From the NCBI GenBank assembly GCA_022711755.1, contig JAKLEA010000001.1:336743-400742 (forward strand): a DNA stretch of 64,000 nt, written 5' to 3'. Below, in pieces: positions 46,041 to 55,454 of this stretch. Numbering within the stretch: position 1 is the stretch's first letter; every line of letters starts with the position of its first letter. The stretch is from Planctomycetota bacterium. GTDB lineage: Bacteria; Planctomycetota; Brocadiia; SM23-32; JAKLEA01. Below the pieces are notes generated by a model, which was not told the origin of the DNA, made no database searches, and worked only from the letters and a program-made list of their open reading frames with translations. The position numbers and the translations under genes were made by a program.

Positions 46041-47069
46041 ATGCACATGGCGGACGCGCTGATTTCTCCGGCCGTCGGTCTCGGTTTCTGGGCTGTTTCA
46101 GGAACGCTGGCGGCAAGAGCTGCCCGGAAACTGGAAACCGACTCGTCTCGCGCTCCCATGATGGGGGTTCTCGGAGCGTTCGTCTTCGCTGCGCAAATGA
46201 TCAATTTCACCATCCCCGGAACCGGTTCCAGCGGGCATCTCGGCGGCGGACTTCTGCTGAGCATTCTCCTCGGCCCTTCAGCCGCGCTCATAACGATAAC
46301 CGGCGTCCTGACCATACAGTGTCTCCTCTTCGCCGACGGAGGGTTGCTGGCCCTCGGCTGCAACATTTTTAATTTGGGCTTTTATCCTTGCTTCATCGGC
46401 CTCCCGATTTACCGGTTTATTGCAGGAAATGGAGATTCCCGCTCCAGATCCGCCTTCGGCATGATCGCGGCAAGCGTTATCGGGCTGGAGCTTGGCGCGT
46501 TGTCCGTTGTCGCGCAGACAGTCCTCTCCGGCATTGGCGATCTCCCATTCGGCAAGTTTATCCTGTTTATGGGCGGCATTCACCTGCCGATCGGGATCGT
46601 TGAGGGATTGGTCACGGTATCAGTCGTCGGCTTCGTCACAAAAATACGCCCGGCGGCATTGCTTGAATCATCAGCGTCGGCACAATCGGCATTCCCCGCT
46701 GCGTCGTCCGGGATTCTTGCCGCGCTGCTTTGCCTTGCTCTGGGCATAGGAGGCGTCCTGGCATGGTATGCCTCCGAGAAACCCGACGGTCTGGAATGGT
46801 CCGTAACACGCGCCACAGGCCGCGAAGAGCTTGAATCGGGCGGCGGACTTGCCGCGCGCGCGGCAGAAGTCCAGGAGAAAGTCGCCATCCTGCCGGACTA
46901 TTCCTTCCGCGAGAGCGATGGAGAATCAGCCCCGTCCGCGCGGGCCGGAACCTCAACATCAGGCGTGGTGGGAAGCATAGTCACACTGCTCTGCGTATCC
47001 CTTGCCGCTGTCGGGATTGCAGCAGTCAGGCGCGGCAGGTCATCCACACCAACCAGCGCTGAACCATGA
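46041..47069 (+). CDS. cbiM: ECF-type cobalt/nickel transporter substrate component CbiM/NikM with a C-terminal PDGLE-domain extension
   Basis: The canonical CbiM N-terminus is present (MHMADALISPAVGLGFW...PGTGSSGHLGGG). The C-terminal part reads EKPDGLEW and is followed by a TM helix. The ORF track start 45798 is spurious. Confidence 0.8.
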   Translation: MHMADALISPAVGLGFWAVSGTLAARAARKLETDSSRAPMMGVLGAFVFAAQMINFTIPGTGSSGHLGGGLLLSILLGPSAALITITGVLTIQCLLFADGGLLALGCNIFNLGFYPCFIGLPIYRFIAGNGDSRSRSAFGMIAASVIGLELGALSVVAQTVLSGIGDLPFGKFILFMGGIHLPIGIVEGLVTVSVVGFVTKIRPAALLESSASAQSAFPAASSGILAALLCLALGIGGVLAWYASEKPDGLEWSVTRATGREELESGGGLAARAAEVQEKVAILPDYSFRESDGESAPSARAGTSTSGVVGSIVTLLCVSLAAVGIAAVRRGRSSTPTSAEP

Positions 47070-47845
47070 GCCACCACGTCGCGACTCTCGACATGCTCGG
47101 CCAGGGCGATTCGCCCATGCACCGGCTCGACCCCCGTGCGAAAATCATCGCTCTTATCGTATTCATCGCCTCCGTCGCGTCCTTCCCGAAATATTCTGTG
47201 GGACGGCTGACGCCATATTTCTTCTACCCGATGCTTCTGATATCCGCCGGCGGCATCCCGCTCAGGCCAATTCTTGGACGTATCATCCCCGCCCTGCCCT
47301 TCGCGATCATGGTAGGTCTGTTCAATCCGCTTCTTGACGCCACTCCGTATCAGGTCGGACCGTTCGTCGCGCGGGCTGGATGGGTCTCATTCGCCTCGAT
47401 TCTGGCGCGCTTTCTGCTGACCGTCGGCGCGGTTCTCTGCACAATCGCCGTCACCGGCTTTCCGTCCATGTGCCGTGGGCTTTCGGAATTGGGCGTTCCG
47501 CGCCCTCTTGTCATGCAGATTCAGCTTACGCATCGCTATCTTTTCACGCTGCTCTCGGAGGGAGAAAGGCTCAGGCGCGCCCGCAACATGCGAAGCTTCG
47601 GCAGGTCCGGGCTGGACTGGCGAACGGCCGGGCGCATGTTCTCGGTTCTGTTCATGCGCACCCTCGACAGGGGAGAGAGAATCCACGCCGCTATGCTTTG
47701 CCGGGGTTACAACGGCAGCCTTCCCGCGTTGACACGCGGACGCTTCAACCGGAGCGACGCTCTTTTCCTCCTGGCGATATGCGTCACCTCGGTCCTTTTC
47801 CGTCTTGTGCCAGTCACTGACATGGTCGGAGGTTTCCTGAATTGA
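47066..47845 (+). CDS. cbiQ: ECF transporter transmembrane (T) component CbiQ
   Basis: RLDPRAKIIALIVFI and the polytopic profile are present. The start overlaps the cbiM stop. Confidence 0.7.
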   Translation: MSHHVATLDMLGQGDSPMHRLDPRAKIIALIVFIASVASFPKYSVGRLTPYFFYPMLLISAGGIPLRPILGRIIPALPFAIMVGLFNPLLDATPYQVGPFVARAGWVSFASILARFLLTVGAVLCTIAVTGFPSMCRGLSELGVPRPLVMQIQLTHRYLFTLLSEGERLRRARNMRSFGRSGLDWRTAGRMFSVLFMRTLDRGERIHAAMLCRGYNGSLPALTRGRFNRSDALFLLAICVTSVLFRLVPVTDMVGGFLN

Positions 47846-48582
47846 GCGATCTCGCCGTCCAGATCACCGACCTCCGCCTGCGCTACGCCGACGGCACACT
47901 GGCGCTGGACGGAGTTTCAATGACTGTCCTTAGCGGCGAAAGAGTTGCCATGATCGGTCCCAACGGCGCGGGGAAATCGTCCCTGACACTGGTCATGGCA
48001 GGAGCGATTGCGCCGACCGGGGGGGAGGTCATAATCGAGAATGTCAGGCTTGAAAAGAAGAATCTCCCTGAAATCCGCCGCAGGCTCGGGCTTGTATTTC
48101 AAAACCCCGACGATCAGCTTTTCATGCCCACGCTCTTCGACGACGTCGCCTTCGGCCCGATCAACATGGGCCTGCCGGAGGACGAGGTCAGGCATCGCGT
48201 CGCGGACACGCTGAACGCTGTCGGCCTTTTGGGAAGGGAAAGCCGTTTCCCGGGTCATCTTTCGTTCGGGCAGAAGCGAGCAGCATCTATCGCCGCAGTC
48301 CTTTCAATGGGACCTTCAGTCCTTGTCCTTGACGAGCCGACCAGCAATCTCGATCCCAGGGGACGGCGCGAACTGCTGGACCTGCTCAAAACGCTCGGCA
48401 AGACGATGGTCCTTGCGACACATGACCTTGAATTCGCCCTTTCGTTATGCGAAAGGGCCGTGATTCTCGACGGCGGACGCAAGGTCGCAGATGGACCGAT
48501 TCGCGGCATCCTTGCGGACAGGGCGCTTATGGAAAATCATCGCCTTGAGGTCCCTGCCTCGCTCCTTTCCCGACCCGGCTGA
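47842..48582 (+). CDS. cbiO: ECF/ABC transporter ATPase CbiO
   Basis: It has Walker [11 protein letters not shown], the signature [10 protein letters not shown] and Walker [12 protein letters not shown]. Confidence 0.85.
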   Translation: MSDLAVQITDLRLRYADGTLALDGVSMTVLSGERVAMIGPNGAGKSSLTLVMAGAIAPTGGEVIIENVRLEKKNLPEIRRRLGLVFQNPDDQLFMPTLFDDVAFGPINMGLPEDEVRHRVADTLNAVGLLGRESRFPGHLSFGQKRAASIAAVLSMGPSVLVLDEPTSNLDPRGRRELLDLLKTLGKTMVLATHDLEFALSLCERAVILDGGRKVADGPIRGILADRALMENHRLEVPASLLSRPG

Positions 48583-48745
48583 TGCTCTTCGCTCAGCGAA
48601 ATCCGGCTTCCGGCTAAAAACACAATGGGATTTCTCCATTCCCGGTATTAGAATTCCGGCGTCAGTTTCCACCGGGCAAGACAGGCGCAGACTAACGCGC
48701 CGGATCAAGTCCAGATCAGGATCGGATGAAAGGACAGTCAGGGAA

Positions 48746-49600
48746 ATGAAACATACAGGCGCAGCAATAATCGCTATTATTCTTCTCCTCGCGTCATCGC
48801 TGATCGCGGAAGAAGCTTCCTCAGGCAAGAACACTCCCGGGGCGGACGCCAAAACCCCCGGCGAACAGGGAAAGGAGCACCCCATGATGCTGATGAAGAC
48901 CAGCATGGGCGACATCACCTTGCAGATGTTGCCCGAGGCCGCCCCGAAAACGGTGAACAACTTCATCGAACTCGCCGAGGGCAGGAAGGAATGGATTGAC
49001 CCGAAGACTAGCAAGCCGGTCAAACGCCCATTCTACGATGGTCTGACATTCCACCGCGTGATTGACAAGTTCATGATACAGGGCGGATGCCCACTCGGGA
49101 CAGGAACAGGCGGTCCGGGATACCAGTTCGAGGACGAGATCAACGCCAAAGGTCTTGGACTGGATAAGGGAACTGCCGAAAGGATGCCCGGCATCAATCC
49201 CCGCCAGATTCAGCAGGGCATCTTCCGCAAGCACAACATACGCTCCCAGAGCGACCTTGACGCTAAAAAGGCGATCGTCGAAAGCGAATACAAGGACCTC
49301 CTGCAAGGCTCCCCAATGAATCTTCTTGAGTTCCTGGGCTATAAATACGACGACAAACTGAAAGCCTTCGGCCCGCGCAAGGGAATGCTCTGCATGGCCA
49401 ACGCGGGGCCGAACACTAACGGTTCCCAGTTCTTCATCAACCTCGTTGACACGCCCTGGCTGGACGGCAGGCACGCCGTATTCGGCAAAGTCGTCGAGGG
49501 CTTTGACGTGGTCGAAAAAATCGGCAAGGTACCTGCTGACGCGCAGAACAACCGTCCTCTGAAACCGGTGACAATCATCAGTCTCAGAGAAGTCAAGTAG
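48746..49600 (+). CDS. Secreted cyclophilin-type peptidyl-prolyl cis-trans isomerase
   Basis: It has a signal peptide. The cyclophilin motifs are [15 protein letters not shown] and [15 protein letters not shown]. The ORF track start is 48491. Confidence 0.85.
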   Translation: MKHTGAAIIAIILLLASSLIAEEASSGKNTPGADAKTPGEQGKEHPMMLMKTSMGDITLQMLPEAAPKTVNNFIELAEGRKEWIDPKTSKPVKRPFYDGLTFHRVIDKFMIQGGCPLGTGTGGPGYQFEDEINAKGLGLDKGTAERMPGINPRQIQQGIFRKHNIRSQSDLDAKKAIVESEYKDLLQGSPMNLLEFLGYKYDDKLKAFGPRKGMLCMANAGPNTNGSQFFINLVDTPWLDGRHAVFGKVVEGFDVVEKIGKVPADAQNNRPLKPVTIISLREVK

Positions 49601-49741
49601 CGTAATAATCCTTCAAGCGCAGGCAGAGGCGCTTTGCAACGCGCTCCTGCAGGAAAGTGCATATTGCGTGTTGCGCTGCAGGCGTCTTGCCCGGTGACGC
49701 GCGTTGACAATCCGCCGTCGGGAAACCTAACATTCAGAAAT

Positions 49742-50770
49742 ATGCCCAAAGACGCGGAAAATAATCGCTGGCAGTCTGTAACCGACCTGATCGAGGACGA
49801 ACTCAGGCAAGTTGAGGAGACCGTCAGAATAAGGGCCGAAACGCCGCTCGTGAAAGCGATGCTGGAGCGAATACACGCCATCGGCGGCAAGCGCATGCGC
49901 CCCGTCCTTCTGCTTCTTTCCGGCAAGGCGATCGGTCCGATCGGCCCGAAGCACGTCACAGTCGCCGCCGCCATCGAGCTTTCGCACTGCGCAACGCTGC
50001 TCCATGACGACGTGATTGACGGTGCTGAGATTCGGCGTGGGCAGTCATGCTCCCACGTCCTCTGGGGTTCCCCCTCCGCCGTTCTCATGGGCGACCTCAT
50101 GTTCAGCGAGGCGTTCAAGCTTGTCTGCGATCTCAATGAGCCTGCAGTAACGGCGTCCCTCTGCCGCGCTGTTTCATCCGTGTGCGAGGGCGAAATCCTC
50201 CAGTGGCAACGAAGCTTCGACGCCGGTTTGTCGGAAAGTGATTACCTGGAAATCACCTCCCGAAAGACAGGCGCGCTCTGCGCCGGGGCTTGCCGCGCAG
50301 GAGCGCTGTTATCAGGCGCAACACAGGCCCAGGCCGACGCATGCTTCGAATTCGGCAGCGTCTTCGGAACTGCTTACCAGGTCGCCGACGACTACGCCGA
50401 CCTGTTCTGCTCGAATGAGGACACCGGCAAGACCGCAGGGCGCGATCTTGAGGGCGGACGCTACACCCTCCCCGTCCTTCGGGCGATGGCCGCCGGCAGG
50501 GATGCAGGTGATAATCGTCTGCGCCGCGCCCTTGAGGAAAGGGACGTTGACGCCGCGCGGCGTCTCCTCCTGGATGACTGCATTTTCCGTCCCGCGGCGG
50601 AATCCACGATGGAGGCCGCGCTTAACCTGGCCGAAAAGGCGAAAATCTCATTGAAGATTCTGCCGCGAAGCGAGGCCCTCTCAGGTATGGAGACAATGGC
50701 CGACAGCGTCGGCGAGATTCTGACCGCAATTGGCTCCGGAACGGTTCGGGAGGGCGGAGCCTCCCGTTGA
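49742..50770 (+). CDS. Polyprenyl diphosphate synthase (trans-isoprenyl diphosphate synthase family)
   Basis: The first DDxxD is LLHDDVIDGAEIRRG and the second is VADDYAD. Confidence 0.8.
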   Translation: MPKDAENNRWQSVTDLIEDELRQVEETVRIRAETPLVKAMLERIHAIGGKRMRPVLLLLSGKAIGPIGPKHVTVAAAIELSHCATLLHDDVIDGAEIRRGQSCSHVLWGSPSAVLMGDLMFSEAFKLVCDLNEPAVTASLCRAVSSVCEGEILQWQRSFDAGLSESDYLEITSRKTGALCAGACRAGALLSGATQAQADACFEFGSVFGTAYQVADDYADLFCSNEDTGKTAGRDLEGGRYTLPVLRAMAAGRDAGDNRLRRALEERDVDAARRLLLDDCIFRPAAESTMEAALNLAEKAKISLKILPRSEALSGMETMADSVGEILTAIGSGTVREGGASR

Positions 50771-50800
50771 ATCGCGGCAAAAGCGGCGGCGCGCGCGAAT

Positions 50801-51787
50801 ATGGATTTCGAAGAAGCTCTAAAGAAGTGGCCCGATCTATCCCCCGACAGGTTCAGAACCTTCGGGCGATCTCTGAAGGGGACCTTCGGCGTGAAGGTCT
50901 ACAAGGTAACCCTCCACGCCGGATTCACATGCCCCAATCGCGACGGCAAGGTCGGCAGGGGAGGCTGCACGTATTGCATCAACGAAAGCTTCAGCCCCAA
51001 TGCCCGCGATCCCGAACTGCCCGTCGGCGAGCAGATGCGCCGGGGAATGGATTTCCTCAATAGTCGCTACGGCGCTGAAAAGTTCATCGCCTACTTCCAG
51101 ACCTTCACAAACACCTACGCCCCGATAGACCGGCTGCGCAGGCTCTACGACGAGGCGCTCTGCTTCCCCGACGTCGTCGGGCTGTCAATCGGAACACGCC
51201 CCGACTGCGTCCCCGACGATGTTCTGGACTTTATCCAGAATTACGCGCCACGCGTAAAGGTCTGGATTGAGTATGGCCTGCAATCCGCCCACGACCGCAC
51301 ACTGAAACTCATAAACAGGGGACATGATTACGCGGCTTTCGTGGATGCCATTCACCGCACGCAGGGACGCGGCATTGAGATTGTCGTTCACGTCATCCTC
51401 GGCCTGCCGGGCGAAAACCGCGAAGACATGCGCGAGACAGCGATACGCGTGAACGCAATGCCGATGAACGGATTGAAGATCCACCACCTTTACGTTGCAG
51501 TCAACACGCCGATGGAGGAAATGTATAAAAGGGGCGAAGTCAAAGCATTGACGCTCGATGAGTATGTCAGCCTCGCCGCTGATTTCATCGAGCGCACCCG
51601 TCCCGACGTCACGCTTCAGCGCCTGACCGGGGACACGCACGGGGATTGCCTCGTAGCGCCGAAATGGAACGTCAGCAAGAGTCGCGTTTTATACGCGATA
51701 TCCGCCGAACTCGCCAGGCGCGGGACATTCCAGGGCGCATTATGGGAAGGCTCCGGAGCGATTGCGTCCGGTTCCGCAGCGGGATGA
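50801..51787 (+). CDS. Radical SAM protein, TIGR01212-like family
   Basis: KVYKVTLHAGFTCPNRDGKVGRGGCTYC is the family-typical N-terminal Cys motif. Confidence 0.7.
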   Translation: MDFEEALKKWPDLSPDRFRTFGRSLKGTFGVKVYKVTLHAGFTCPNRDGKVGRGGCTYCINESFSPNARDPELPVGEQMRRGMDFLNSRYGAEKFIAYFQTFTNTYAPIDRLRRLYDEALCFPDVVGLSIGTRPDCVPDDVLDFIQNYAPRVKVWIEYGLQSAHDRTLKLINRGHDYAAFVDAIHRTQGRGIEIVVHVILGLPGENREDMRETAIRVNAMPMNGLKIHHLYVAVNTPMEEMYKRGEVKALTLDEYVSLAADFIERTRPDVTLQRLTGDTHGDCLVAPKWNVSKSRVLYAISAELARRGTFQGALWEGSGAIASGSAAG

Positions 51788-51803
51788 CCGCTCCGATATC
51801 GGA

Positions 51804-53510
51804 TTATTGCCGGACTTTATCGGAAGGTTCCGGCCCAAGCTCAAGCCTGTATTCGCGTATTTCAAACAATCGGAAATCCCGGACCTCCCCCGTCGGAACC
51901 AGGTGCGACCTTCCCATGCTGGTAATGCCCGGCGGCGCGGCCTTGTTGATGAGGATGTATGCCCTGTCCGGAAACTGCATGCCCGGTTTCCAGACCTGCG
52001 CGGCGGGATTGAGAAACCTGATCAGGTGCGGGAGGCCGCCGGTCCAGTTCGCCGCGACAATTGCAGATGCCATGTCGTGATCGGCTGCAACCTGTTCGAT
52101 CAGCGGCGGATAGGAAAAGTCGGCGAGAAGGATCGGGTTTGAAGCCGCGCGTTGACCGAGATACTCCGCCATCTGGAGCTTGTTGGCGTATGAAGGCCCC
52201 GTCGGGCCTGCCGCCCCGCCCAGCCGATTCACAAGCCGGATGTATTCCGAAGACATCATGACTCCCCCACCCGCCAGAATCGCAGTAATAAATAATGCAG
52301 GCCACCGTGCGGCAGGCATTCCTTTTGCCTTTATGCCATCAGTAATACTCTTGAGCGCCATTCCGACGGTGATAAAAATCGCCGGCATGCCGACAAAGAA
52401 ATAGCATCGCTGCAAGGGTTCAGAATAGAACATCAGCGGAGGCGCTAGAAGGAAGACCAGCAGGATTATCTCCGCCGAGTTCCCTGCGGCGCTCAAACTC
52501 TCATGCCCTCCCCCCTGCGCCGGAGCGTGCTCAGGCTCTTCATTGCTGCTGGGCGCTATAGTGCGCAGTTTGGAGATTAACATAATCGTCCCGATAATGA
52601 GTAGCGATCCTCCAAGAACACCCGCCAGTTTAGGAAGCGCCAGGAATTCTTCAGATAGCTCGCTAGTCGTCGGTCCCAGATAGTATTCCGGAATCCCGGC
52701 CATGCCGAGAATCTCGAGCATGAACCGGAAACCTCTGAAAGTCGGCTCTCTCGCCGTCTTGCCACCGACCACGCCGAAGAATTTGGCCACGTCCTCGAAA
52801 CCGGACCCGGACTCGAAAATGATGAACGGCAACGCCGTCAGAAAACATGCCCCCGCTGCGCAGAGCCACCACTTAAGCGGTATTCTGCGCCGCATCAGCA
52901 GCCACATGACAGGCACGGCGGCGCAGAGCGGAACGCCGGAATAATGGACCTGCGCCGTGACGCACAGAACAGTCAGAGCCAGCGCCCAGGTCCATGCCCG
53001 GGGCTTCTCCATGAAAAGCAGGCAGCAGTAAAGGCTCAGCGTCGCAAAGAAACACATCAGATCGGGCGCCCAGAGCTTGCGCGTTTCCAGAACCGCCCAG
53101 GCGTTCGTCGCCATCAGCAATGCCGGAATAATCGCCCACCCGCGCCCGATAATTCTGTGCGCAGCCATTCCGCAAAGCATGACCGCGAGAACCCCGCTCG
53201 CGGCGCTCACGCCGGCCAGCGTAAGCGGACTGTCGCCGAAAATCAGGCCCGGAATCAGCGCGTAATAGAACCACGGCGGAAACATCATGCTTTTGCTGTC
53301 CGGGCTGGAACGATGCCCGCAGAGAGGGATATTCCCTTCCAGCACGCCCAGAAGCGCCTCGTGATGATCGGCCTGGTCCCCCCGAAACTCCATGACCTCC
53401 AGACTGTAGAACCGGAGGCTGGCGGCTGTATACAAAACCAACACCGGCAGGACTAGACGCGTCAAACTACTCCAGTCCTTTTCAATGCTTGTCGTCATGC
53501 CGGTCCTCAT
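51804..53510 (-). CDS. Polytopic membrane glycosyltransferase-like protein (ArnT/PMT, GT39/GT83-like)
   Basis: It is a protein of about 12 TM helices with an N-terminal loop (YSLEVMEFRGDQADHHEAL). The family assignment is tentative. Confidence 0.5.
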   Translation of the reverse strand: MRTGMTTSIEKDWSSLTRLVLPVLVLYTAASLRFYSLEVMEFRGDQADHHEALLGVLEGNIPLCGHRSSPDSKSMMFPPWFYYALIPGLIFGDSPLTLAGVSAASGVLAVMLCGMAAHRIIGRGWAIIPALLMATNAWAVLETRKLWAPDLMCFFATLSLYCCLLFMEKPRAWTWALALTVLCVTAQVHYSGVPLCAAVPVMWLLMRRRIPLKWWLCAAGACFLTALPFIIFESGSGFEDVAKFFGVVGGKTAREPTFRGFRFMLEILGMAGIPEYYLGPTTSELSEEFLALPKLAGVLGGSLLIIGTIMLISKLRTIAPSSNEEPEHAPAQGGGHESLSAAGNSAEIILLVFLLAPPLMFYSEPLQRCYFFVGMPAIFITVGMALKSITDGIKAKGMPAARWPALFITAILAGGGVMMSSEYIRLVNRLGGAAGPTGPSYANKLQMAEYLGQRAASNPILLADFSYPPLIEQVAADHDMASAIVAANWTGGLPHLIRFLNPAAQVWKPGMQFPDRAYILINKAAPPGITSMGRSHLVPTGEVRDFRLFEIREYRLELGPEPSDKVRQ

Positions 53511-54394
53511 CCGCGCGGGTGGAATCGTTTATGAACGCTCTTCAACTGGTCCTTCGAGACGTGCGTGTAGATTTCCGTTGTTGAGATATTAACGTGTCCG
53601 AGCAAAATCTGCACTGTTCTCAGATCCGCCCCCCCTTCAAGCAGGTGTGTGGCAAAGCTATGGCGCAAAGCATGAGGGTAGACATTTGCCCTGATTCCAG
53701 CCTTACGCGCATAACGCTTCACCAGCGACCAGAGCGCCGTTCGCGTCAGACGCTTTCCGCGTATGCTCAGAAAAAGCGCGGTCTCCTCCGCAGCCCCCTT
53801 CCATGCTGGGCGCGCATCCCCAAGATAATGGCGCAGATGATCCCGCGCCAGATCGTTGAGCGGCACAATCCTTTCCTTCATCCGCTTTCCGTAGCATCGC
53901 GCATAACCCACGTCAAGGTCAACGCTGGAGACGTCAAGTCCGGTCACCTCGCTCACCCGCGCCCCCGTGGCGTAGAAAACCTCCAGTATCGCGCGATCTC
54001 GTATTCCAACAGGCTCTGAAACGTCCGGGGCATTCAGCAGATTCTCGACGTCCCTCACAGTTAGAACCTCAGGAAGCCTTTTCCAGAGTCTCGGTGACTC
54101 AACCAGCGAGGTCGGGTCGTTCGGAATGATCCCCTCGGCCGTCAGGAAGCGAAAAAACATCCGGATGGCGACAACCGCGCGCCAGACCGAGTTGACCGCA
54201 AGGCCGCGCTCCTTCTCCGCAACCATGAAGTCAACAAGATGCCCCGCCCGCGCGTCGCCCGGCGCGGCAACGCCCTGCGCCGTGAGAAACTCCGTGAACC
54301 GCGTCAGATCCCGCCCGTAGGCGTCAATGGTATTCGGCGACGCCCCGCATTCGGCGGAAAGGTATTCGAGGAAGGATTTTATGTGCTCCCGCAA
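53507..54394 (-). CDS. Tyrosine site-specific recombinase, XerC/XerD family
   Basis: The R...HxxR...Y catalytic set is present (ALRHSFATHLL...LGHVNISTTEIYTHV). The N-terminal core-binding domain is EYLSAECGASPNTIDAYGRDL. Confidence 0.8.
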   Translation of the reverse strand: MREHIKSFLEYLSAECGASPNTIDAYGRDLTRFTEFLTAQGVAAPGDARAGHLVDFMVAEKERGLAVNSVWRAVVAIRMFFRFLTAEGIIPNDPTSLVESPRLWKRLPEVLTVRDVENLLNAPDVSEPVGIRDRAILEVFYATGARVSEVTGLDVSSVDLDVGYARCYGKRMKERIVPLNDLARDHLRHYLGDARPAWKGAAEETALFLSIRGKRLTRTALWSLVKRYARKAGIRANVYPHALRHSFATHLLEGGADLRTVQILLGHVNISTTEIYTHVSKDQLKSVHKRFHPRG

Positions 54395-54432
54395 GGATCA
54401 TCCTCTTTGATGCGTTGATCTGCTGCCGGAAA

Positions 54433-55410
54433 CTACAGCGTCTGCTTCAGAAACTCAATGACCTCACGCCGCGCATCCGCCGTCTCCTCGTGCCCGACGT
54501 CGTAACGAATGAGCTTCCAATTCTCCGCCGCGCCAAGCTCCGCATACGCGCGCTTCATCTCGGCGTCAATGATATCCAACCCATCAGGAGGTGTCAGATT
54601 GTCCCGGATTCCCGCGATGCCCAGATGCGGCCTCGGCGCGATCAGGACGTTGATGTCCGCCGTCGTGAAACTTTTCAGAAGCCCCGGAACGTAGTAGTAA
54701 ATCCCGTGCCCAGTAAGCGCATTTCGCAGGAGAAATGTGTGAAATTCTGTCAGGCAGCAAAGGTCAACAGTTACTTTGATCCGCTCGTCAAGCGCAGCCG
54801 TCCACCATGCCATTGTGCTGCCCATGGAAATGCCCATTGTTGCTATGCGTTCGGGATCGGTTTCAGAGCGCGCGATCAGGTAATCCAACGCGCGGATGTT
54901 GTCATACACCATCATCCCCCAGAGAACCCGCCCCTGCCAGAGCATGGCCTTGAACATGTCCAGCTCCGAGGTATGCGCCCGCTCTCCGAAAACCCACGTG
55001 TCAATGCATAGCCCGATCCAACCGTGCTCAGTAATAATCTTTGCGTAAGGCGGCTGTTGAAGCGCCTTGCGCCCGGCTATGAACTCCTCTTTGCCGATGT
55101 CGTATGCGCCGCCGTGCGCATGGTTATATAATATCACCGGGGCCGGGGCATTCAGTTTTTCAGGGCGCGCCAGATACGCCGGAACCGCCTCGATTCCATT
55201 CAGGTCAAGTTCGAGCTTTTCGAGAATGTATCCGTCCCGCTTCTCGGTTCGGACGGTTTTCGCCGAGATCGGCCTTTGCCTGTCCGGCAGGTCGCCAAGC
55301 AGTTCGTAAAGCTGACGCCGCCTCGACGCAACGTCGCGGCAATTTAACCCGGTCGGTTTAGGCGCGCCGGGTCCAAGAATGTTCATCGCCGGCATCGTAT
55401 CGCTCATCAC
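54433..55410 (-). CDS. Alpha/beta hydrolase (acetylxylan-esterase / dienelactone-hydrolase-like)
   Basis: The nucleophile elbow GISMGS and a C-terminal His are present. Confidence 0.6.
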   Translation of the reverse strand: MMSDTMPAMNILGPGAPKPTGLNCRDVASRRRQLYELLGDLPDRQRPISAKTVRTEKRDGYILEKLELDLNGIEAVPAYLARPEKLNAPAPVILYNHAHGGAYDIGKEEFIAGRKALQQPPYAKIITEHGWIGLCIDTWVFGERAHTSELDMFKAMLWQGRVLWGMMVYDNIRALDYLIARSETDPERIATMGISMGSTMAWWTAALDERIKVTVDLCCLTEFHTFLLRNALTGHGIYYYVPGLLKSFTTADINVLIAPRPHLGIAGIRDNLTPPDGLDIIDAEMKRAYAELGAAENWKLIRYDVGHEETADARREVIEFLKQTL

Positions 55411-55454
55411 GTCATCCTTTCATCGCGCAAATGCGGATTTCGATCACGCAGTTC

